In this document: positions 28,744 to 36,235 of the stretch, one piece after another
How the letters are laid out: each line of letters opens with the position of its first letter
How positions within the stretch are numbered: position 1 is the stretch's first letter
DNA from: an uncultured archaeon
GTDB taxonomy: Archaea > Aenigmatarchaeota > Aenigmatarchaeia > GW2011-AR5
Direction: 5' to 3'
NCBI GenBank assembly: GCA_964373695.1
Contig: CAYJVT010000001.1
Span: 2,373-66,372 of the forward strand
Length of the DNA: 64,000 bases
Translations under genes and position numbers: made by a program
The notes under the pieces: model-generated
Databases searched by the model: none
The model's input: only the letters and a program-made list of their open reading frames with translations
What the model was told of the DNA's origin: nothing

Positions 28744-29439
28744 CTATATGCCGGAGAAGTCCTTCCTCGCCTTCTCAAGCGCCTCAAAGGTTCCTACATC
28801 CACAAGCCTTTCGACCTCGAAGGCATACATCTTTTCGCCGGCCTTCAGCATGGAGGGGAATACGTCCTTCCCGAAGTCGCAGAAGCCGCTTGTTATGTAC
28901 TTGAAAACCGACGGCTCCAGTATATAGACAGCTCCGCTGGCAAGATTTGACCTGGGCTTCTTGGGCTTCTCCTCAAAGGACACGATCCTTCCGTTGCCGT
29001 CCGTCTCTATTATGCCCTTTGATTGCGGATTGTTCGTTTCCATGTAGACCCCTATGGTGGCCGCCGCGCCTTTCTTCCTGTGGAGCTTTGCCATGGCGCT
29101 CAGGTCGGCGTTTGTCATGTTGTCGCCGTAAATGACGACAAATGTGCCTTCAAGGAAATTTTCGAGGGATTTCACCCCTCCGGCCGCTCCGACAAGCTCC
29201 TTCTCCACCGTGTATAGTATGTTCACGCCGGAATCCGTGCCGTCACGAAAGTATTCGTGTATGCAGCTGGCGAGGTGGTGGGTCGTTATTACTATGTCCT
29301 TTATGCCGTGCTTTTTCAGGAGCTCTATTATATGCCATAGTATTGGCTTGCCGCCTACGTCTATCATCGGTTTGGGCACCTTCTCGGTGAGCGGAAGAAG
29401 CCGCGTCCCTTTGCCGGCGGCCACTATGACGCCTATCAT
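28744..29439 (-). CDS. Sugar-phosphate nucleotidyltransferase (HddC / mannose-1-P guanylyltransferase-like)
   Basis: VAAGKGTRLLPLTEKVPKPM, VIYGD, FEEKP, DFGKDVFP, DVGT. Confidence 0.9.
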   Translation of the reverse strand: MIGVIVAAGKGTRLLPLTEKVPKPMIDVGGKPILWHIIELLKKHGIKDIVITTHHLASCIHEYFRDGTDSGVNILYTVEKELVGAAGGVKSLENFLEGTFVVIYGDNMTNADLSAMAKLHRKKGAAATIGVYMETNNPQSKGIIETDGNGRIVSFEEKPKKPRSNLASGAVYILEPSVFKYITSGFCDFGKDVFPSMLKAGEKMYAFEVERLVDVGTFEALEKARKDFSGI

Positions 29440-30266
29440 ACTCCGCCACCCTTCATGGCCCTTATGGCCCTCTCATATCCGTCGTGGCTTCCGACGTCAA
29501 GCACCATGCCGTCATAGATGTATCCCGAAAGCTGGCCGTCCATGGCCAGCCTGTTGAAGAGGTCTTCTATCATGAACTTCTGGCGAGTGACGTAATCCGA
29601 CACTCCGGGCTCGAATATGCAGAGCCCGGCGTTTATTATGTTTGAAGTGCTCCTCGCCGGTTTTTCCTTGAAATGCACGACGCGGTTTCCCCTCATCTTG
29701 GCCACGCCGTAATTCCTCGTTTCGCTGGATGTGGAAAGCAGGACGGTAGCTAGCGTCCCCTGGCTCTTGTGGAATTCGTGCATCTCGTATAGGTCCGGAT
29801 TGAGAAGCGTATCGACATTTACCATCACGAACCTGTTCCTTATCAGCTCCTTGGCCGGCATGAGGCACCCGGCTGTGCCGAAAGGCTTGTCCTCGGCTAT
29901 GTATTCTATACTTACCCCGAAGTTGGAGCCGTTGCCGAAATGCTCCATCACCTTCTCCTTCATGTGGCCGACAGAAACCACGAGGTTGCGTATGTCATAT
30001 TTCTTTAGCATCCTTATCTGATGCTCCAGTATCGGCCGTCCGTTTATCGGTATCAGCGGCTTGGGTATCTCGTAGGTTATGGGACGGAGGCTAACGCCTT
30101 CGCCTCCGGCCAGTATCAGCGCGGTATCCATGTCGGTTTTCCCGAATGCCCTGGACAGCATGACCTCTATGGCATGGGACCTGTTTCTTATGTTTCTCTT
30201 GTCAACCATGCTGTCCAGCCTTTTCAGGACATCCTGCTTCACAGTTATCGTCACGCGCTCTACCAT
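29436..30266 (-). CDS. Ribbon-helix-helix domain fused to sugar-phosphate nucleotidyltransferase
   Basis: RVTITVKQDVLKRLDSMV..NRSHAIEVML (RHH), then LILAGGEGVSLRPITYEIPKPLI, FKEKP, DVGS. Confidence 0.88.
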   Translation of the reverse strand: MVERVTITVKQDVLKRLDSMVDKRNIRNRSHAIEVMLSRAFGKTDMDTALILAGGEGVSLRPITYEIPKPLIPINGRPILEHQIRMLKKYDIRNLVVSVGHMKEKVMEHFGNGSNFGVSIEYIAEDKPFGTAGCLMPAKELIRNRFVMVNVDTLLNPDLYEMHEFHKSQGTLATVLLSTSSETRNYGVAKMRGNRVVHFKEKPARSTSNIINAGLCIFEPGVSDYVTRQKFMIEDLFNRLAMDGQLSGYIYDGMVLDVGSHDGYERAIRAMKGGGV

Positions 30267-30275
30267 CACACCACC

Positions 30276-30304
30276 GTATTGAAATAGTATGAAAAAGTAT
30301 GAAA
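30276..30304. promoter_or_regulatory. Three direct repeats at a 10-bp period, candidate RHH operator
   Basis: GTATTGAAA (30276), AGTATGAAA (30286) and AGTATGAAA (30296), in the divergent gap next to the TATA-like ttatttaa (30311-30318). Confidence 0.5.
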
Positions 30305-30340
30305 CTCAAATTATTTAAGCGGTAGTCCCATATTCTGCAG

Positions 30341-31357
30341 ATGGTAATCAGGAGCAGGTCCCCGGTGAGGATATCCTTTGCCGGAGGGGGGACAGATGTG
30401 CCCCCGTATAGGGATGAAAAGGGCGGGTGCGTCGTTTCAGCGACGATAAACAAATACGCCTACGCGACGCTGGAGCAGCGCAACGACAGCAACATACACA
30501 TACATTCCGCCGATTTCCTGAAGAGCTTGGCTTTCAAGAACACGGCCGAAATCGAATACAATAACGAACTCGACCTTCTCAAGGCCGTGATAAAGAAGAT
30601 GGCGCCTTCTGCCGGCATGAACATATTCATGAGGTGCGATGTCCCGCCGAAATCCGGGCTGGGCAGCAGCGCGGCCGCGTTTGCCGCCATGATAGGGCTG
30701 TTCAATCACATGAGAAAGGAAAGAAGGATGACGGATTATGAAGTGGCGGAACTGGCATACAGGCTTGAGAGGGAGGAGCTTAAGGTGGGCCGCGGGAACC
30801 AGGACCAGTATGCAACGGTTTTCGGCGGGATGAATTTCATAGAATTCGGGGAAGGCTGGGTGAAGGTCAACCCGCTGAGGATGAAAAAGGACCACTTGCT
30901 TGAGCTTGAAAAGCATCTTATCCTCGCGTACATAAAGCCGCGGCAGGACGAAAGCAGCAACATCATAGACGACCAGACGAACCGTTACATATCCGGCGAT
31001 ACGAGGACTGTGGAGGGCCTCGACAAGGCGAAGGAAGTGGCTGTCGAGATGAGATATGCCCTCCTCGGCGGCGACCTGATGCGGTTCGGCGAACTCCTCA
31101 ATGAGGGTTGGGAGGCAAAGAAGAAGTTTTCGCCGCTCATCAGCAACAGGTATATAGACGATATTTACGACCTGGCGAGGAGGAACGGCGCCCTCGGAGG
31201 GAAGATTACTGGAGCCGGTGGATCCGGCTTTTTCCTTTTTTTCTGCGAACCCAACAAGGAGCATGTCCTAACAGACGTGCTGGAGAAATCGGGGCTCAAG
31301 CCCATGACTTTCACGTTCGACCACGACGGGCTTCAGACATGGGAAGTAAACAAGTGA
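30341..31357 (+). CDS. hddA: GHMP kinase, D-glycero-alpha-D-manno-heptose-7-phosphate kinase-like
   Basis: SPVRISFAGGGTDV, PPKSGLGSS, QDQYATVFGG, GGKITGAGGSGF. Confidence 0.88.
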   Translation: MVIRSRSPVRISFAGGGTDVPPYRDEKGGCVVSATINKYAYATLEQRNDSNIHIHSADFLKSLAFKNTAEIEYNNELDLLKAVIKKMAPSAGMNIFMRCDVPPKSGLGSSAAAFAAMIGLFNHMRKERRMTDYEVAELAYRLEREELKVGRGNQDQYATVFGGMNFIEFGEGWVKVNPLRMKKDHLLELEKHLILAYIKPRQDESSNIIDDQTNRYISGDTRTVEGLDKAKEVAVEMRYALLGGDLMRFGELLNEGWEAKKKFSPLISNRYIDDIYDLARRNGALGGKITGAGGSGFFLFFCEPNKEHVLTDVLEKSGLKPMTFTFDHDGLQTWEVNK

Positions 31358-31366
31358 GGTGTTGAG

Positions 31367-31624
31367 ATGAATGATGGATATAGGGAACTTATGGAAGCCG
31401 TAGGAGATATTCCGGTAGGGGCGAGAAGGGTCGTGTCCATAGGAGCATATCCGGGAAGGACGGAAATCATGATGACGGATAACGGCCCGAAGGCAATTTA
31501 TGCAAATGGGGGCGACTCGGGATTGGCAACTGTTTACCTGGACAAAGAAGCGCCCCCTGAGGAGTGGAGAATAGGACGCGGCCTCAGCGAAGATGACTTT
31601 AGGAGGGCAGCTGAAAGGCTTTGA
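31367..31624 (+). CDS. Hypothetical 85-aa protein
   Basis: Purine-rich ORF preceded by SD-like GAGGTG. No recognisable motif. Confidence 0.55.
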   Translation: MNDGYRELMEAVGDIPVGARRVVSIGAYPGRTEIMMTDNGPKAIYANGGDSGLATVYLDKEAPPEEWRIGRGLSEDDFRRAAERL

Positions 31625-31660
31625 CCCAAGGCTTAAAAAGAATTTGGGGAAGGGATAGCC

Positions 31661-31717
31661 ATGAAAATCCTTGAAAAACAAAGTTTTTCAGGATCTCAAA
31701 GGAGGCACCTCCTTTGA
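31661..31717 (+). CDS. 18-codon uORF / leader peptide MKILEKQSFSGSQRRHLL
   Basis: ATG at 31661. Its TGA (31715-31717) overlaps the TTG start of the epimerase. Confidence 0.35.
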   Translation: MKILEKQSFSGSQRRHLL

Positions 31718-31724
31718 AGATATT
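31662..31724 (+). promoter_or_regulatory. Double-hairpin element homologous to 6192-6233 that sequesters the SD and TTG start of the epimerase
   Basis: Hairpin 31667-31694 (atccttgaaaaac-aaa-gtttttcaggat) and hairpin 31696-31717 (tcaaaggag-gcac-ctcctttga). GGAGG at 31701-31705, TTG at 31714. Confidence 0.65.
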
Positions 31725-32631
31725 GGTGACGGGCGGCGCGGGTTTCATAGGCAGCAATCTTTCCAAGGCGCTAGTCAAAAAGGGCCATGAAGTGACCGTC
31801 CTTGACAACTTCTTCCTCGGCGCAGAGAATAACATCGCAGACATCAAAAGCCGCATAAAGCTCGTTAAGGCCGACATAACGGACGCGGCGGCCGTTACAG
31901 AAGCGTCTAGAGGATGTGACGTGATATTCAACGAAGCTGCTGCATCATCCTCCCCGATGTTCAAAAAGGACCTTCGCCGCAGCGTCGCCGTCAATGTCGA
32001 CGGGTTCATCAACGTGATGGACGCGGCTGTGAAAAACGGCGTGAAACGCGTTGTTTATGCATCGACGTCGTCTATTTACGGTAACATGAAGCCCCCTCTT
32101 ACAGAAGACGTGAAGTGCGTTCCGGTCAATATGTACGCATCAACGAAGCTCATGAATGAGCATATAGCTCTCCTTTTAGGCATGGAAAACGGAATCGAAA
32201 CCATAGGCCTCCGCTATATGAGCGTTTACGGCCCGGGGGAAGAGCCAAAGGGAATCTTTGCCAATCTGGTGTCGCAGTTCCTGTGGGCCATGAAGAGGGG
32301 GGAGAGTCCTGTTATATACGGCGATGGCACCCAGACGCGCGACTTCACCTACGTGAAGGATGTCGTCAAAGCCAACATACTCGCAATGGAATCCAAAAAA
32401 CACCTTAATGACGTGTTCAACGTAGGCACCGGAACGGAAGTTTCGCTCAACGGGCTCGTGGAAATCCTTAACCGTGTTCTGGGAAAGAAGATAAAAGCCA
32501 AGTACGTGAGAAACGATGTCAAAAATTATATATCAGCACAAAGGGTGGACATCTCGAAGATAAGGAAGGAGCTTGGATATGAGCCAGAGTTCACACTGGA
32601 AGCCGGCATAAGGGATATGCTATCACAATAG
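31714..32631 (+). CDS. NAD-dependent epimerase/dehydratase (extended SDR)
   Basis: VTGGAGFIGS, ASTSSIYG, YASTK, LRYMSVYGPGE, RDFTYV. TTG start. Confidence 0.92.
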   Translation: MKILVTGGAGFIGSNLSKALVKKGHEVTVLDNFFLGAENNIADIKSRIKLVKADITDAAAVTEASRGCDVIFNEAAASSSPMFKKDLRRSVAVNVDGFINVMDAAVKNGVKRVVYASTSSIYGNMKPPLTEDVKCVPVNMYASTKLMNEHIALLLGMENGIETIGLRYMSVYGPGEEPKGIFANLVSQFLWAMKRGESPVIYGDGTQTRDFTYVKDVVKANILAMESKKHLNDVFNVGTGTEVSLNGLVEILNRVLGKKIKAKYVRNDVKNYISAQRVDISKIRKELGYEPEFTLEAGIRDMLSQ

Positions 32632-33684
32632 TTTCTTTGCCATGTTCTTCATCTTTCTTTCGAATTGCGACGTGTCGTATTTCCTCGATTCTTTCATTAG
32701 CAATGCGGCATTCCACTTCGTCTTCTCCGACCTCTCTACAGCGGCGTTGAGCGAATCCTCGTCAGGCTGGAAGAATATTCCTGTCTTTCCGTCCTTTATT
32801 GTCTCGGTGAAACCTCCTTCATTGACAGCTATGCACGGCTTGCCTGACGCCATGCTTTCGACAGCAACAAGACCGAAGTCTTCATCAACGGCAGCTGCAA
32901 CCGTGGCCCTGCATCTGGAATATATGTCTATCAGTTCCTTTTCATCCAGGCTCCCGGTAAATTCTATGCTGTCATGCCCGGCAGCCAGTGCCTTGAGTCT
33001 TTTCTCGTCCGGGCCTGTGCTGGCTATCACAAGTCGCCTGCCATTCTCTATGAACGCGTTTATTACCATATCGATTCTTTTGAGTTTATCCAGCCTGGAC
33101 GTGGATAGGTAAAAGTCCTCGCTTTTCCTATTGAGGAATTTATTCGTGTCTACAGGAGGGTTCACAATGGAACATTTTTTGTACACGTCAGGCCCGTAAT
33201 ATTTCATGACCCTGCTCAGGGTATTTCTAGAATTGACAGCGATGGAACTGAATTCCCTGACAGCAGACTGGTCCAGATACATATATTTTTTGCAGAATCT
33301 CCTGAAAAAGAGCCTTGTTACCGGATTAATGCCGGATTCGAAATGAGCCTTCAGGTCGTAAAGGAAGCGCGGCGGGGTGTGCATGTAAAGTATGTTGGGC
33401 TTCAGCCTCTCCGCAGCGCTCATGCACCATGTCCCGGAAAATATGTAGAGGTCATATTTTATGTCAAGTTTTTTGAAGAGCCTTGACAGCTTGGTTATCC
33501 TGGAACGTCCGGCAGGCGGCCTGCCCATAAAGGTTTTCACGTTTATCCCGTCCGTACAGTAAGTCTTCCCGCTATCCACGAACCCCGTGTAGAGGTCTGC
33601 ATCGAACATCCTTGCAAGGGCCAGTGCAACACGCTCTCCGCCTCCCTTTTTGCCGAAATAATCGTGGAGTATCGCAACTCTCAT
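32623..33684 (-). CDS. GT4 glycosyltransferase
   Basis: VAILHDY..GGGERV, SRLDKLKR, EDFGLVAVESMASGKP. Start MRVAIL at 33684 (ATGA overlap). Confidence 0.9.
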   Translation of the reverse strand: MRVAILHDYFGKKGGGERVALALARMFDADLYTGFVDSGKTYCTDGINVKTFMGRPPAGRSRITKLSRLFKKLDIKYDLYIFSGTWCMSAAERLKPNILYMHTPPRFLYDLKAHFESGINPVTRLFFRRFCKKYMYLDQSAVREFSSIAVNSRNTLSRVMKYYGPDVYKKCSIVNPPVDTNKFLNRKSEDFYLSTSRLDKLKRIDMVINAFIENGRRLVIASTGPDEKRLKALAAGHDSIEFTGSLDEKELIDIYSRCRATVAAAVDEDFGLVAVESMASGKPCIAVNEGGFTETIKDGKTGIFFQPDEDSLNAAVERSEKTKWNAALLMKESRKYDTSQFERKMKNMAKKLL

Positions 33685-34679
33685 TGGAGCACTTCCTCGT
33701 AGACATTTCCGGTCTTTTTCGCGGCTGTTTTCCACGTGAAATTATTCGACCTCTTCAGGGACTTCCTTGACATCTTTCTGGAAAGTCCGCTGTCGGCAAG
33801 TATGGACGAAACCTTGCTGCATATGTCTGCGGGGCTTTCCGGATCGAAGTATGTGGGGGCGTCGCCAAGTATCTCTGGCATTGCCGCAGCATTGCTTGAA
33901 GCCACCGGGCAGCCGCATGCCATGGCCTCGAGCGGCGTGAAGCCAAACCCCTCGAAAAGCGACGGGTATACGAACGCCCTTGCATTGGAATAGTACTCGG
34001 CCATCCCGTCCTCAGTAAGGTTCCCCGTTATTTTGACATCCTTCTCCAGTCCGAGGGACCTTATCCTCTCACGTATTGCCGGATTGTCGTAATTCTTGAC
34101 CAGCTTCAGTCCCGGAAAATCCGCCTTCAGCATCGCGAAGGCGTCTATGAGGACCGGGATGTTTTTTCTCCTCTCTTCGGAACCGAAATAAACTATGTAA
34201 TCTGCCTCTTTCTTCTTTCTTCGCGGCCTGAAAGCCCCGGATATCCCTGAATGCACCACCCGTATGTCATCCTCTCGGGCCTGTGTGTATCTCATCACTT
34301 CGTTCTTGGTGAATTCTGATACGCATATTATTTTGCCGCATTTTTCCATGCCCTTTATAGCAAGCCTTGAGAAGAATGCATGCCTCCTGCTTTCAAAAAG
34401 CTCTGGTCTTGAAAACGCCATCATGTCATGGCAAGTTATTACCGTGGGCTTTCCCGTGGCAGACTTTGAAAGGTGCCCGAACGTCTGGGAGCTGAAATGG
34501 ATGATGTCGCCACCGTCAAGATGCGGGGGCCGCATGTGCCTGAGGAACCCGTTTTCCGTCTCCTTTACCGTTATGCGGAATCCTTTTCCGATGTTCTTCG
34601 AAAGGCTCAGTATGTAGTTCTTTATGCCCCAGTTGTATTCGCTTCCGATACCGCCCGAAATCATCTGGACGTTTATCAT
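33681..34679 (-). CDS. GT4 glycosyltransferase
   Basis: VITCHD, ERRKN, YPSLFEGFGFTPLEAMACG. Confidence 0.9.
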   Translation of the reverse strand: MINVQMISGGIGSEYNWGIKNYILSLSKNIGKGFRITVKETENGFLRHMRPPHLDGGDIIHFSSQTFGHLSKSATGKPTVITCHDMMAFSRPELFESRRHAFFSRLAIKGMEKCGKIICVSEFTKNEVMRYTQAREDDIRVVHSGISGAFRPRRKKKEADYIVYFGSEERRKNIPVLIDAFAMLKADFPGLKLVKNYDNPAIRERIRSLGLEKDVKITGNLTEDGMAEYYSNARAFVYPSLFEGFGFTPLEAMACGCPVASSNAAAMPEILGDAPTYFDPESPADICSKVSSILADSGLSRKMSRKSLKRSNNFTWKTAAKKTGNVYEEVLQ

Positions 34680-36175
34680 GAAGAAAACCTCTCCGCCACG
34701 GCTGCAAGCTTTTCAGGGAACGAACTCCTGATTATCATCATGTCGCTTTTGGTGAATATTTTCACTTTGAGGAATATGCCGGCGTAGAACAGGCCCGCCA
34801 GCGATGCGCATATCGCGGCTTCGGCCAGTATGTTCATCGACAGAGCCTGCTTCACGAAATAGATTATGACAACCGATGCGAGGGAGTTGGACAGGATGAT
34901 TGATATGTCCCTCACTGGCGCCGATATTTTTATCTCTTTCCTGAGATGCAAATAAAATATCAGGAAACCTATGACGTATGAAGAAATGGCCGATGCGGCG
35001 GCGCCGGCGATGCCAAAAGCCGGCACCAGGATTATGTTTGCTGCCACGTTGAACGCCGACACTATAATGACAGTAAGCGTGCTTTTTTTGGGCTGTCCTA
35101 TCGCGTTCAGGATGACAGAGAACAGGATGTTCATGCTGAAAAATATCATGCCAAAGCTGAGAACCTGCAGTGGCAGGGCGGAATCTATGTACTTTCTGCT
35201 AAGAAACAGGTCCATTATAATCTCGGGGAATGCTATGAATATGGCGGCCGCGAACGCTATGAAAAGGAAAACGGACTTTATCATGAATTCCACATGCGTC
35301 GTCAGTTCCTTCTTATTCCCTTTTGCCCACATTTCCGACACCACAGGAAACAGTATAACCGACAGCGAGCCGGCGAACACGAGGAGCATCTGCGATGTTG
35401 AAACGGCCGCCTGATAGAGTCCAACTTCGTATAGCGACCTGAAATACGTGAGTATCATTGTGTCGGCAGAGCCTATGAGAAAAGTCGATATGCTCCCCAG
35501 AAAAACGAAGGAGCCGAATATTATGACATTCTTTTCCGAACCCATGAGTGCCTTCCCCTTCCCAAGACCCCTCACATGCTTTGCAACATAAAGCGCCATC
35601 ATAACCTGTATCATCATTGACGCCGCGAAATAGCTCACGGCAACGCCGATGAGCGTGGCGTCGCCTGATGCCAATATGAAGGAGAAAATGACGGCTATTC
35701 TTATCGCTTCTATGAGCGAGAATGCAAGTATTTTCTGGAATCCCTGGAGGAGCATTTTAAGGAACGATACTGCAAGCACCAGCTCGACTGAAAAAAGCTT
35801 TATCAGGAAGGATGCCTTCTCCGAGTGGAAGAAAGATAATGCTATGTAGTCGGACATCATGAAAGTTGCGAGCCCTATCACAGCCCCTATTGACAGCTGA
35901 AGCAGGAATGATGACTTTATGGCTCTTCCGATGGAAGCATAGGCTCCCTTTACCATGAACTCTGGTATGTATTTTACCAGAGCCGAGCCGAGCCCGAAAT
36001 CCTTTATCACGAAAAACAGCGAGAAAAAGGTCAGTATGGAATAAAAGAGGCCGAAATCATCGACAGGGAGGCTCCTTGCAACAAATATCCTGAGAAGATA
36101 TCCCATCCCGGTTCCAAGTATGGACAGTACAAAAGCAATTGAAGCGCCTTTTATTATCCTGTTGGCGTAGCCCAT
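34676..36175 (-). CDS. Wzx-like oligosaccharide flippase
   Basis: About 12-14 TM segments, DFGL.SALVKYIP, VGLYQAA, LNAIGQPK. Confidence 0.88.
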   Translation of the reverse strand: MGYANRIIKGASIAFVLSILGTGMGYLLRIFVARSLPVDDFGLFYSILTFFSLFFVIKDFGLGSALVKYIPEFMVKGAYASIGRAIKSSFLLQLSIGAVIGLATFMMSDYIALSFFHSEKASFLIKLFSVELVLAVSFLKMLLQGFQKILAFSLIEAIRIAVIFSFILASGDATLIGVAVSYFAASMMIQVMMALYVAKHVRGLGKGKALMGSEKNVIIFGSFVFLGSISTFLIGSADTMILTYFRSLYEVGLYQAAVSTSQMLLVFAGSLSVILFPVVSEMWAKGNKKELTTHVEFMIKSVFLFIAFAAAIFIAFPEIIMDLFLSRKYIDSALPLQVLSFGMIFFSMNILFSVILNAIGQPKKSTLTVIIVSAFNVAANIILVPAFGIAGAAASAISSYVIGFLIFYLHLRKEIKISAPVRDISIILSNSLASVVIIYFVKQALSMNILAEAAICASLAGLFYAGIFLKVKIFTKSDMMIIRSSFPEKLAAVAERFSS

Positions 36176-36235
36176 TGGTGATATTTCAATAAGACCCTTT
36201 TAAAAGTGAAATTATCTTTAGATTTTTGTTCTAAG

